Made by a program: the position numbers and the translations under genes
Shown here: piece by piece, positions 17,016 through 26,176 of the stretch
Position numbering within the stretch: the stretch's first letter is position 1
Layout of the letters: every line of letters begins with the position of its first letter
The notes under the pieces: model-generated
Told to the model about the DNA's origin: nothing
The model's database searches: none
What the model saw: only the letters and a program-made list of their open reading frames with translations
Assembly (NCBI GenBank): GCA_947594425.1
Contig: CANQED010000002.1
Location: 62,364 to 126,363 of the forward strand
Direction of reading: 5' to 3'
DNA: 64,000 nucleotides
DNA from: an uncultured Ruminiclostridium sp.
Lineage (GTDB): Bacteria > Bacillota > Clostridia > Oscillospirales > Ruminococcaceae

Positions 17016-19289
17016 TTACTTAGTCTTTACGGTTATCGTCTTGTATCCGCTGTAGAGCGCTGTCTTTCCGCTCATCTTGTATGTCTTTACGCGGAATGCG
17101 TAGGCGGTCTTTGACTTAAGCCCCGACTTTTTGAACTCAACGGTGGAGTTCTTGGATATCTTGCCCGCTCTCTTCCAAACGCCGTTGACTTTCATCTCTA
17201 CGATATACCCATCGGCGGAAGTGTTCTTATTCCACGTCAGGCGGACTGCATTCTTAGCGGAAGCTTTCAGCTTCAGCCCTGCCACGGCGGAGGGGTTAGT
17301 GCGTACCGATATAGTCTTAGTTGCGCCGTACAAAGCGGTCTTGCCCGACATCTTGTAGGCCTTAACGCGGAAGGTGTACGCGGTGCCGGCTTTGAGCTTG
17401 GACTTCTTGAATTCAACGGTGGAATTCTTGGTTATCTTGCCGACACGCGTCCAAGCGCTGCCGCTCTTCATCTCGATTATGTAGCCGTCGGCGGAGGTGT
17501 TCTTTGTCCATGTGAGGCGCAATGCGTCGGCCGCGCGAGCCTTGAGCTTCAAGCCGCTTATTGCGCTCGGGTTGGTGCGGGCGGATATTGTGGTATAGCC
17601 GCTGTAGAGGGCGGTCTTGCCGTTCATCTTGTACGCCTTAATGCGGAACGTGTAAGCCGTGCCCGCCTTGAGCTTCGATTTCTTAAACTCAATGGTGGAG
17701 TTTTTCGTTATCTTGCCGACGCGCGTCCAGCTGTTACCGCTCTTCATTTCTATTATGTAGCCGTCAGCGGATGGGTTCTTTGTCCAAGAGAGGCGCAGAG
17801 CGTCGGCGGCGCGGGCTTTGAGCTTAAGTCCGGTGACGGAGGAGGGGGCGGTGGGGTTGTAATTGTAGTGGATAGTGGCGCTCAGCAACTCTTCGTTAAC
17901 CTCATCAATAGAGATTTTATCCCATTGTGCTTTAGAGCCGGTGTAGTAGATGTCAGTAAACTTCCAACAACCATATAAGATGTTTTGTTGTATATTTGTC
18001 ACACTTTCCGGTATAGTTAGTGAAACAAGGCCTGTGCAATTAAAAAAGGCATTTGATTTTATACTCGTCACACTGTCTGGTATGGTTATCGAGATGAGGC
18101 TTGTGCATTCATTAAAAGCACAATCTCCTATACTCGTCACGCTGTCGGGTATTGTTACCGAGGTAAGGCTTGAGCAGCCGGAAAAAGCCCAATCTCCTAT
18201 ACTCGTCACACTGTCGGGTATATCTATTGATGTGAGACTTGAGCATTCTGTAAACGCACCACTGCCTATGCTCTTTACGCTGTTGGGTATTTTGATTGAA
18301 GTAAGACTTGAGCAATATGTAAAAGCTGAACCTCCTATATTTATCACAGTGTCGGGTATACTTATTGATTTCAGGTTTGAACATTCATAAAACGTATAAT
18401 CTGCTATCCCAAAAGTGCCATCTTTTATTATTGCGGTTGTTGCATCTTCATTACAGCCGATTACCCACTTTCCTGCATACCTTACATCAGATGATTGATT
18501 ATCAAAAAAAGGAGTATTTGTAAATGCGTATCTTCCAATACATGACACACTGTCAGGTATATTAATTGAGGCGAGACTTTCACAAGAATCAAAAGCTTCA
18601 TATCCTATAATTGTTACTTTGTCAGGTATTTTTATAGAAGAAAGGTTTGAACAATATTCAAAAGCGGCATCACCTATGAAAATCAGACTGTCAGGAATGA
18701 AAATAGAAGTAAGGTCGGCGCAATTCTCAAAAGCGCTATCTGCTATCCCTACAGTTCCATTTGCTATTGTTGCTGACGATGTATCTTCATCACAATCAAC
18801 CGCCCAATTTTCAACATACTTAACTGTAGTTGTCTGGCTGTCAAGAAGCGGCGTGTGCGTAAACGCATCAGAGCCAATATCTTCTACACTGTCGGGTATA
18901 TTTATTGAAATAAGGCTTGAGCAGTTATTAAAAGCTTTACCTGCAATACTTATCATGTTGTTCGATATGCTTACCGATGTAAGATTTGAACAATTCTCAA
19001 AAGCACCAGCTTCTATATACGTCACACTATCGGGAATATTTATTGACTTAAGTGATGAGCAATTGTAAAAAGCGCTCATCCCTATACTCGTCACACTTTT
19101 CCCGTCTAAAGTCGATGGTATGAGTAATTCTTCTGCGTTTCCCATATACCGGAATATTTTTACAGTCCCGTCGCCGAGCACGTTGTACATATAATCCCCG
19201 CTCGTTTCCGCTCCCGCGCAGACGGTTATCGCGCACACCGCGAGCAAAGCCGCCGCGAGGGATATGAGCCCCGCAAATAACTTCTTCAT
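17016..19289 (-). CDS. Secreted BspA-type leucine-rich-repeat protein with a C-terminal triple FN3 module (family member A)
   Basis: Signal peptide MKKLFAGLISLAAALLAVCAITVCAGA from ATG 19289 after GGAGG. There are about 23-aa LRR units (IPDSVTSIGxxAFxxCxSLTS) and three roughly 92-aa FN3-like units. The protein ends ITVKTK. Confidence 0.85.
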   Translation of the reverse strand: MKKLFAGLISLAAALLAVCAITVCAGAETSGDYMYNVLGDGTVKIFRYMGNAEELLIPSTLDGKSVTSIGMSAFYNCSSLKSINIPDSVTYIEAGAFENCSNLTSVSISNNMISIAGKAFNNCSSLISINIPDSVEDIGSDAFTHTPLLDSQTTTVKYVENWAVDCDEDTSSATIANGTVGIADSAFENCADLTSIFIPDSLIFIGDAAFEYCSNLSSIKIPDKVTIIGYEAFDSCESLASINIPDSVSCIGRYAFTNTPFFDNQSSDVRYAGKWVIGCNEDATTAIIKDGTFGIADYTFYECSNLKSISIPDTVINIGGSAFTYCSSLTSIKIPNSVKSIGSGAFTECSSLTSIDIPDSVTSIGDWAFSGCSSLTSVTIPDSVTSIGDCAFNECTSLISITIPDSVTSIKSNAFFNCTGLVSLTIPESVTNIQQNILYGCWKFTDIYYTGSKAQWDKISIDEVNEELLSATIHYNYNPTAPSSVTGLKLKARAADALRLSWTKNPSADGYIIEMKSGNSWTRVGKITKNSTIEFKKSKLKAGTAYTFRIKAYKMNGKTALYSGYTTISARTNPSAISGLKLKARAADALRLTWTKNTSADGYIIEMKSGSAWTRVGKITKNSTVEFKKSKLKAGTAYTFRVKAYKMSGKTALYGATKTISVRTNPSAVAGLKLKASAKNAVRLTWNKNTSADGYIVEMKVNGVWKRAGKISKNSTVEFKKSGLKSKTAYAFRVKTYKMSGKTALYSGYKTITVKTK

Positions 19290-19305
19290 TTTAAACCTCC
19301 TATAA

Positions 19306-19334
19306 TCAAAAAGTGCGCAGCCGAAGCCGCGCAC
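19306..19334 (-). terminator. Intrinsic-terminator-like hairpin inside the 5' leader of gene A (candidate attenuator)
   Basis: Minus strand reads GTGCGCGGC-TTCG-GCTGCGCAC followed by TTTTTGAT. It ends a few nt before the SD (19296-19300). Confidence 0.6.
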
Positions 19335-19359
19335 CGAAAAATGCAAAGCTCCGATTGCT

Positions 19360-19460
19360 GCGACACAACTTTCGTCCTCTACAAATTTGTACGAAAAGAG
19401 CCTGCACTTTTACCGTAAAGCAAAAGTGTATTTTGTAGAGGGAATATTAAGTTGTGTCGC
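19360..19460 (-). promoter_or_regulatory. Long composite stem-loop at the 5' end of the gene A leader
   Basis: GCGACACAACTT...CCTCTACAAA pairs with TTTGTAGAGG...AAGTTGTGTCGC. This encloses an inner hairpin CACTTTT/AAAAGTG. The structure starts about where the promoter's transcript should begin. Confidence 0.55.
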
Positions 19461-19466
19461 AATTTT

Positions 19467-19495
19467 ATTTTACCATACCAAGGAGTTGTTGTCAA
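19467..19495 (-). promoter_or_regulatory. Sigma-70-type promoter of gene A
   Basis: Minus strand reads TTGACA (19495-19490), 17 nt, TAAAAT (19472-19467). Confidence 0.6.
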
Positions 19496-19550
19496 TAATT
19501 TCTGCAAATTATTGACAATATATTTTATTCAAAAGGCTTGCTAAAGCACA

Positions 19551-19579
19551 AACCGTGGACTGAATTTCAATCCACGGTT
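19551..19579 (-). terminator. Family hairpin downstream of gene B (weak U-tract)
   Basis: AACCGTGGA-TTGAAATTCAG-TCCACGGTT followed by TGTGCTTT. This is the same hairpin found after genes A and C. Confidence 0.5.
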
Positions 19580-19600
19580 CGCTGTATTCACTTTGTTTTT

Positions 19601-22318
19601 TTACTTAGTCTTTACGGTTATCGTCGTATATCCGCTGTACAGCGCGGTCTTTCCGCTCATCTTATACGTCTTAACTCTGAACGAGTATGAGGTATTAGAC
19701 TTAAGCCCCGACTTCTTAAACTCCACGGTAGCATTGCTTGTTATCTTGCCTACCCGTACCCAAGAATTGCCGCTCTTCATTTCGATTATGTATCCGTCAG
19801 CACTTGTATTCTTAGTCCATGCGAGACGCACCGCGTCCTTAGCGGAAGCTTTGAGCTTTAAGCCCGATACCGCGCTCGGGTTGGTACATGCGGAGATGGC
19901 GGTGTACCCGCTGTAGAGCGCGGTCTTGCCGCTCATCTTGTAGGAGCGAATGCGAAAATCGTAAGCCGTGCCCGCTTTAAGCTTCTCGACGCGGTACTCG
20001 GTGGTTGAGTTATTAGCAAGCTTTGCTATACGTACCCACTTAGTGCCGTCCTTGCGCTCTATTATATAACCGTCGGCACTCGTGTTCTTTGTCCACGCGA
20101 GCCTTAGCGCGTCAGCTGCACGACCTTTCAGGTTTAAGCCTGTCACCACGGAGGGGTTAGTGCGTGCGGAAATCGAGGTGTACCCGCTGTAGAATGCGTC
20201 CTTGCCGACCATCTTGTAGGCTTTTATTCTGAATGAGTAAGCTGTGCCTGCCTTTAGTCCGGCTTTTCTAAACTCGACGGTGGAGTTTTTCGTTATCTTG
20301 CCAACGCGAACCCACTTGCTGCCGTCTTTCATCTCGATTATGTAGCCATCAGCGGTGGTATTCTTAGTCCAAGCTATGCGCAGAGCGTCGCTCGAGCGGC
20401 CTTTGAGCGCTAAGCCCGACACCGCAGGAACGGTTTTCTTAGCTATATAATTCTTATAGCTGTAGCCGCATACCGAGCAAGTGTACTCGGTATAGCCCTG
20501 CGTTGTGTAGGTCGGGGCGACCGTCTTGGTGGTATAAGTGTGCGCCTTCTTGGGGATGACCGCGGTCTCTTTATGGCCGCAGCCCTTGCAGGTAAGCTGC
20601 TTTTGCCCCTCCTTAGCGCAGGTAGGCTGTGTGATTATCTTTTCCTCAAAGTCGTGCGCTACTTTAATGGTAAACTTCTTTTCCACCGAAGGGTTATATA
20701 CGGGTCTGATGGTAATTGTCGCCGTTCCGGGCTTTAGCGCGGTCAGCATAAAGTCGAGCCCCGTGCCGCCTACGCGCAATACGCTCGCGTCCGAGGAGAA
20801 CGCCTCAAAAAGCTTATTTGCTCCGTCGGGCAACGCAAGATTGAAGTTCTGCCTGTCCTCTACGTCAAATGTAGTAGGAGCCTTTGTACTGTAGCTTGTG
20901 CCTGCGGCGGACGTGCCCGTCTCCCACCAAACGGTGAAATCGGTCGCTACCTTTTCGGTAAAGATCTGCGAGCATTTTTTGCACTTTAATGTCGCGGTGT
21001 CGCCCGATACGCTCTTCAGCTCGAGCTCGTGGCCGTATTTTAAGCTTGCGCTCTTTGCCGCCCTATAGCTCGAAAGGTCTATGGTGTAAAAATCCACCGT
21101 GGCGCTGTCCCAAACATACCACACAAGCTTGCCGCCGCTTACCACAGGCGCGCAGTCCGAAAGGTGCCCCGTAAAGCTGCTTATAGAGCCGACTTTATTG
21201 CCCTTACCGTCAATTCGGGTATAATAAACCGTATCGCCGCGCTCCCAGAGCACCATATAGCTGTCCGTGCTTAATCTTACGAGATGGGGAGTGGTCGCGC
21301 CGTCCTTATAGGCGCTGCCGCTGTATGAGGTAAGCTCAGTCACCTTGACCGCGCCCGTCGTCTTATCGGCGACGCTGACATATATATTTCTGGCGTCGCT
21401 GCTGCCGCTGAGATCTGTCTTGCTTCCGACAACGATATACGAGCTTGAGGATATTTCAAATCCGCCAACGGTAACTCCCGTATAATTATCCCCTACTTCT
21501 CCGGGGATAGACAGCATGGTTATCGTGCTGCACTGATTAGAGTAGGTGGGGGTAAATTTGCCGCCCGCCGCGCTTGTGGGGTACTTTATCAGCACCACGG
21601 ACCTCGGATATGCGTCGCCGTGGTCTACGGCTACTATCTTGCCGTTTTCGGTCTTGACAAACTGATTGAACGAGTGGCTGACATAACCGTATTTCACATT
21701 CATAACATCGGTGTAAGAATCGGTCACGGTCATACTGTCTGTATCATACTCTATCGTGACGTTGGCCTGATGGCCGCTGTACATCTCGTGGCAGGTGCGC
21801 ACTATGAGGTACTTGCCCTCCTCGGTGATACGCGCGCTGCCCGCGTCAAAGGGCACGGTGGTATTGCAGTTGTACAAGCCTACGGATCTTACCCTTGTCC
21901 AGTCCTTAGTGTATTTAGTAAGGCGATAGCACTCTACGTTGGCACTTTGACCGGGGTTAGTCTGTCCGGTCAAAAGATAATAGTTAGACGAGGTCTCATA
22001 AAACGCTCCGAATATCGGCAATTCCGCGCTGATAAGCTTTTGCGAGGTGCAATTGAAGTTCTTGTCAAAATACTCGACGAAAACCTCCTTGCCGGTCGCC
22101 TGCACCCTCATAAATGTGCCGTCCGACCTTGCCGACAGATACGAATTTACCGTACCCGACCAGTTGTGTCTGTATCCGGGATATTCCTGAGCGGATACAT
22201 TGCTGCCCGTATAATATGTACAGGGCGTTGTCGCGGCGGACGCCGCTATTGCCGCAGTACACATCGCGCCGACGGATATTATGACCGCCGCAGCCTTTTT
22301 AAGCAGTGAGATACTCAT
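19601..22318 (-). CDS. Secreted multidomain protein: beta-rich (propeller-like) N-domain, Big_2-like domain, Cys4 ribbons and a C-terminal triple FN3 module (family member B)
   Basis: Signal peptide MSISLLKKAAAVIISVGAMCTAAIAASA. The Big_2-like segment is LTALKPGTATITIRPV. CKGCGH...CSVCGY ribbons follow, then three FN3 units ending ITVKTK. The SD AAGGAGGAAG lies 19 nt after the mreB stop. Confidence 0.8.
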   Translation of the reverse strand: MSISLLKKAAAVIISVGAMCTAAIAASAATTPCTYYTGSNVSAQEYPGYRHNWSGTVNSYLSARSDGTFMRVQATGKEVFVEYFDKNFNCTSQKLISAELPIFGAFYETSSNYYLLTGQTNPGQSANVECYRLTKYTKDWTRVRSVGLYNCNTTVPFDAGSARITEEGKYLIVRTCHEMYSGHQANVTIEYDTDSMTVTDSYTDVMNVKYGYVSHSFNQFVKTENGKIVAVDHGDAYPRSVVLIKYPTSAAGGKFTPTYSNQCSTITMLSIPGEVGDNYTGVTVGGFEISSSSYIVVGSKTDLSGSSDARNIYVSVADKTTGAVKVTELTSYSGSAYKDGATTPHLVRLSTDSYMVLWERGDTVYYTRIDGKGNKVGSISSFTGHLSDCAPVVSGGKLVWYVWDSATVDFYTIDLSSYRAAKSASLKYGHELELKSVSGDTATLKCKKCSQIFTEKVATDFTVWWETGTSAAGTSYSTKAPTTFDVEDRQNFNLALPDGANKLFEAFSSDASVLRVGGTGLDFMLTALKPGTATITIRPVYNPSVEKKFTIKVAHDFEEKIITQPTCAKEGQKQLTCKGCGHKETAVIPKKAHTYTTKTVAPTYTTQGYTEYTCSVCGYSYKNYIAKKTVPAVSGLALKGRSSDALRIAWTKNTTADGYIIEMKDGSKWVRVGKITKNSTVEFRKAGLKAGTAYSFRIKAYKMVGKDAFYSGYTSISARTNPSVVTGLNLKGRAADALRLAWTKNTSADGYIIERKDGTKWVRIAKLANNSTTEYRVEKLKAGTAYDFRIRSYKMSGKTALYSGYTAISACTNPSAVSGLKLKASAKDAVRLAWTKNTSADGYIIEMKSGNSWVRVGKITSNATVEFKKSGLKSNTSYSFRVKTYKMSGKTALYSGYTTITVKTK

Positions 22319-22337
22319 ACTTCCTCCTTATATAGCT

Positions 22338-23354
22338 TTATTTATACCGATAGATGGATATCTTTTCAAAGCCGTCCAGCAGCTCGTCGGTGTAATCGAA
22401 AGCTTTCTGCACGCCTCTTGCCACACATTCTATCGGGTTATCCGCCATTTTGCACGGTGCGCCGACCGTCTCGCTGATAAGCTCGGCAAGCCCTTTGAGC
22501 ATTGCTCCGCCTCCGGTAAGAATTATACCGTTAGTGAGTATATCTCCGACAAGCTCGGGAGGAGTAGCCTCGATTACCTCCTTTACCTTGTCGACTATTT
22601 CCATAACATGGTCTATAAGAAATTCTTTCATATCAAGGTCGCTTATCTCCACGCTTTCGGGAAGTCCCTTGATAAGATGTCTGCCCTTAACGACTATCTT
22701 TTTGCTGCCGTCGGGGTCGTATACGTTTGCTATCTCTTTTTTAGCCTGCTCGGCGGTCTTTTCGCCGATAAGTATCTTGTATTTTTGCTGTACGCCCTTT
22801 ATTACCGCGGCGTCGAATTTATTTCCCGCCATTTTGAGCGAGCAGGACTTTACTATCCCGTTAAAGGACGCTACGGCTATATCCGCCGTGCCGCCGCCTA
22901 TATCCACGACCATAGTGCCGTTAGGCTTTGATATGTCCACACCCGCGCCGAGCAACGCGGCGATAGGCTCTTCTATAATATACACCTTGCGCGCCCCCGC
23001 GGACAGCGCCGCCTCTACCACCGCGCGGTTTTCAACGTCGGTGACGGAGGAGGGCACGCAGAGTATTATCCTCGGCTTCATTATCCTGCCCATTACCTTG
23101 CGGATAAACTCCACTATCATAGCCTCGGTCATCTCGTTGTCAGAGATAACGCCGTCTTTCAGCGGCTTTACCGCGACTATGTATTCGGGCGTCCTGCCTA
23201 TCATCTTATACGCCTCGGTGCCTACCGCGAGTACGGCGTGCTTTTTCTTGTCATAAGCCACCACCGAGGGCTCGTTTACTACTATTCCTTTGTTTCCTAC
23301 AGTGATTATCACGTTGGCTGTGCCAAGATCAATACCGATATCGGTCATTGCCAT
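22338..23354 (-). CDS. mreB: Rod-shape-determining actin homologue MreB/Mbl
   Basis: 338 aa with IGIDLGTAN and DIGGGTADIAV actin-fold motifs. Confidence 0.93.
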   Translation of the reverse strand: MAMTDIGIDLGTANVIITVGNKGIVVNEPSVVAYDKKKHAVLAVGTEAYKMIGRTPEYIVAVKPLKDGVISDNEMTEAMIVEFIRKVMGRIMKPRIILCVPSSVTDVENRAVVEAALSAGARKVYIIEEPIAALLGAGVDISKPNGTMVVDIGGGTADIAVASFNGIVKSCSLKMAGNKFDAAVIKGVQQKYKILIGEKTAEQAKKEIANVYDPDGSKKIVVKGRHLIKGLPESVEISDLDMKEFLIDHVMEIVDKVKEVIEATPPELVGDILTNGIILTGGGAMLKGLAELISETVGAPCKMADNPIECVARGVQKAFDYTDELLDGFEKISIYRYK

Positions 23355-23357
23355 AAT

Positions 23358-24698
23358 TTAATTTCCTTTCCGTCCGTCGGATATATCCGACTCGGTTTTC
23401 AAATACTCCAAAAGCTCCCGCTTGCTGTTCGGTACTTTTCCCTCCGCCGCGCCCATAAGCATATAGCGCAGCGCTTCTCCTATCCGCTTTCCCTCATATC
23501 CTAAAGATATAAGGTCGCCGCCCGTGACGGCAAGCTCTTTTAATGTAAGCGCGGGCTCTTTAGCAAAAAACTCCCTCGCGTGCTGTTCGAGCTGCCTAAA
23601 CATATCCGCCTCGTAGATATACTCGGGCGCTTTGCCCATATTATCATATATATGAACGTTTATCAGCTCAAAAAACCTCTGCTCGCCGTATTTTGCGGCG
23701 GCCTTGCGAAAATACCGCTCGCTGTCGTTCATAACAACGCCGTGATTTTTCACCAAGAACAGCACTTCGTCTCGTATTTTATTGGAGAAATGCAGCCGTG
23801 CGAGCACCCGCCTCGCTATATCCGCGCTGATATCCGCGTGACCGTAAAAATGCCCCACGCCGTCTTTCATAAAGAACGCCTTCGGCTTGCCTATGTCGTG
23901 GAGCAGCATAGTCAGCCTGTAAACAAGCTCTTTGGGCGCCGCGCACATAGCCGCGACGGTATGCCCGTACACGGTCTTGTCATGATACTTTGTATGCTGC
24001 ACAAATCCCACACACGGCGCAAGCTCGGGGACAGCCGTGCAGATAACGTCGGAGTACTCCTCCATTATCTCCGCGCATTCTCCCGTGATTATGCCGCACA
24101 GCTCGTCGCGTATCCGCTCCGCAGAAATATTATCCAGCAGCCGCTTATTATTGTGCACCGCCTCGGCGGTCCTTTCGTCGAGCCGCCAGCCGTACCTCGA
24201 GGCAAATCTCAGCGCGCGCAGTATCCTCAGCGCGTCCTCCTTAAACCTCTCGTCGGGCTCGCCGACCGCGCGTATAACGCCGTTTTTGACGTCCTCGCGG
24301 CCGCCGAAAGGGTCGATTATCTCCCCGTCTAAGCCGCACGCCATAGCGTTTACGGTAAAGTCCCTGCGGGCAAGATCGTCTTTTAGCTCAGCGGTAAAGC
24401 TGACGCTCTCGGGTCTCCGACAGTCGAGATATTCGCCGTCTATTCGATAGGTGGTTATCTCGACGGGCTCGCCGCCGATAACTACGCCGACCGTGCCGTG
24501 CTTTAGTCCCGAGGTGATGATGTGCCGCTCGCCAAACGCCGATATTACCTGCTGCGGCTTTGCCGAGGTGGTTATGTCGTAGTCTTTCGGCTGCAGTCCG
24601 AGCAGGCTGTCTCTGACGCAGCCGCCGACCGCGTATGCCTCATAGCCGAGCTCGCTAAGCCTGCCTATGACCCTTGCGATATGTGCGGGCAGCTCCAC
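23358..24698 (-). CDS. cca: CCA-adding tRNA nucleotidyltransferase with HD domain
   Basis: GGCVRD, RDFTVNAMA and HD motif LLHDIGKP. GTG start. The stop lies 3 nt before the mreB ATG. Confidence 0.88.
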   Translation of the reverse strand: MELPAHIARVIGRLSELGYEAYAVGGCVRDSLLGLQPKDYDITTSAKPQQVISAFGERHIITSGLKHGTVGVVIGGEPVEITTYRIDGEYLDCRRPESVSFTAELKDDLARRDFTVNAMACGLDGEIIDPFGGREDVKNGVIRAVGEPDERFKEDALRILRALRFASRYGWRLDERTAEAVHNNKRLLDNISAERIRDELCGIITGECAEIMEEYSDVICTAVPELAPCVGFVQHTKYHDKTVYGHTVAAMCAAPKELVYRLTMLLHDIGKPKAFFMKDGVGHFYGHADISADIARRVLARLHFSNKIRDEVLFLVKNHGVVMNDSERYFRKAAAKYGEQRFFELINVHIYDNMGKAPEYIYEADMFRQLEQHAREFFAKEPALTLKELAVTGGDLISLGYEGKRIGEALRYMLMGAAEGKVPNSKRELLEYLKTESDISDGRKGN

Positions 24699-24721
24699 TT
24701 GCCGTCACCTCGCTTTCCGAC

Positions 24722-24753
24722 TAAAAACAATATCCGCCGCACGGCGGATATTC
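24722..24753 (-). terminator. Rho-independent terminator after tuf
   Basis: Minus strand reads GAATATCCGCCG-TG-CGGCGGATATT followed by GTTTTTAG. Confidence 0.85.
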
Positions 24754-24838
24754 AGCGGCAAACAGCTCTACTGCTGCTTTAAGCTGAACACCTGCCGAAT
24801 GAGCGGCGGATATCTGAATGTTGATTATTTAAGAAAAA

Positions 24839-26041
24839 TTATTCGTTGATCTTGGTAACGACGCCCGAACCAACAGTTCTGCCGCCCTCACGGATAGCGA
24901 AACGAAGACCCTCTTCGATCGCGATGGGGGTGATAAGCTCAACGTCCATAGTTACGTTATCGCCGGGCAGGCACATTTCTTTGTCTGCGGGAAGAGTGAT
25001 AACGCCGGTAACGTCGGTAGTTCTGAAGAAGAACTGGGGTCTGTAGTTAGAGAAGAAAGGAGTATGACGTCCGCCCTCTTCTTTCTTCAGTACATAGACC
25101 TGACCCGAAAACTTCTTATGAGGATGGATCGAGCCGGGCTTGCAAAGTACCTGTCCACGTTCAACCTCGGATCTCTGTACACCACGGAGCAACGCGCCGA
25201 TGTTGTCGCCTGCCTGAGCAAAGTCGAGCAGCTTGCGGAACATCTCGATACCGGTAACGACGGTCTGCTTAGGCTCGTCTACAAGGCCTGTGATCTCTAC
25301 GGTGTCGTTGAGGTTAAGGATACCACGCTCAACTCTGCCGGTAACAACGGTGCCGCGTCCCGAAATGGTCATCGTATCCTCGATAGGCATAAGGAACGGA
25401 AGATCAGCCTTGCGGTCGGGAGTGGGGATGTACTCGTCAACAGCGTTCATAAGCTCGAGTATGCAAGCATACTCGGGAGCGTTGATGTCCTTGCTGTCAG
25501 AATCAAGAGCAACCTTAGCCGAACCGCGGATAACGGGTATCTCGTCGCCGGGGAAGTCGTGATCGCTAAGGGTCTCACGGATATCCATCTCAACGAGGTC
25601 GAGCAGCTCGGGATCGTCTACGTCGTCGCACTTGTTGATAAATACGACCATAGCGGGAACGCCTACCTGGTGAGCAAGCAGGATGTGCTCCTTAGTCTGA
25701 GCCATAGGACCGTCTGTACCTGCAACAACGAGGATAGCGCCGTCCATCTGAGCCGCGCCGGTAATCATGTTCTTGATGTAGTCAGCATGGCCGGGGCAGT
25801 CAACGTGAGCATAGTGACGCGCGTCGGTCTCATACTCTACGTGTGCGGTGTTGATAGTGATACCACGCTCTCTCTCCTCGGGAGCCTTGTCTATCATATC
25901 ATAAGCCTCAAACTTTGCCTGACCCTTAAGAGCGAGCACCTTGGTGATAGCTGCGGTAAGAGTGGTCTTGCCGTGGTCAACGTGACCGATAGTACCAATG
26001 TTTACGTGGGGCTTGGTACGTTCAAATTTTTCTTTTGCCAT
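24839..26041 (-). CDS. tuf: Elongation factor Tu
   Basis: 400 aa with [18 protein letters not shown] and NKCD. Confidence 0.98.
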   Translation of the reverse strand: MAKEKFERTKPHVNIGTIGHVDHGKTTLTAAITKVLALKGQAKFEAYDMIDKAPEERERGITINTAHVEYETDARHYAHVDCPGHADYIKNMITGAAQMDGAILVVAGTDGPMAQTKEHILLAHQVGVPAMVVFINKCDDVDDPELLDLVEMDIRETLSDHDFPGDEIPVIRGSAKVALDSDSKDINAPEYACILELMNAVDEYIPTPDRKADLPFLMPIEDTMTISGRGTVVTGRVERGILNLNDTVEITGLVDEPKQTVVTGIEMFRKLLDFAQAGDNIGALLRGVQRSEVERGQVLCKPGSIHPHKKFSGQVYVLKKEEGGRHTPFFSNYRPQFFFRTTDVTGVITLPADKEMCLPGDNVTMDVELITPIAIEEGLRFAIREGGRTVGSGVVTKINE

Positions 26042-26092
26042 TGGATTGTTCCTCCTTTAATTATGTGTAGTATTCCGTACACCTCACTTGAT

Positions 26093-26121
26093 ATTGTAAC
26101 AGAAAACCGTTAAAAATACAA
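26093..26121 (-). promoter_or_regulatory. Candidate internal promoter ahead of tuf
   Basis: Minus strand reads TTGTAT, 17 nt, TACAAT with an upstream TGT. Confidence 0.45.
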
Positions 26122-26176
26122 GTGTTTTTTTAGATTTTTTAATATTTTTTTAAGCGGCGGCAAATTGCCGTAAAAA

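Noticed and set aside
19360-19460. Inverted repeats in the gene A leader read as a cwpV-type invertible DNA switch.
   Set aside because: The arms enclose only about 47 bp, which is too short for typical recombinase-mediated inversion. No recombinase gene is nearby, and the promoter lies outside the repeats. An RNA structure is the simpler reading, but long-read data could still test for inversion.
25064-26113. Long plus-strand ORFs antisense to tuf. Similar antisense ORFs exist at 27353-28444 (fusA), 34123-35430 and 36196-37116 (rpoB), 43639-44913 (MoxR/DHH), 21620-22309 and 22450-23256.
   Set aside because: They lie fully inside strongly supported, highly conserved minus-strand genes. They have no RBS, and their translations are low-complexity with no recognisable motifs. 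They are typical shadow ORFs.
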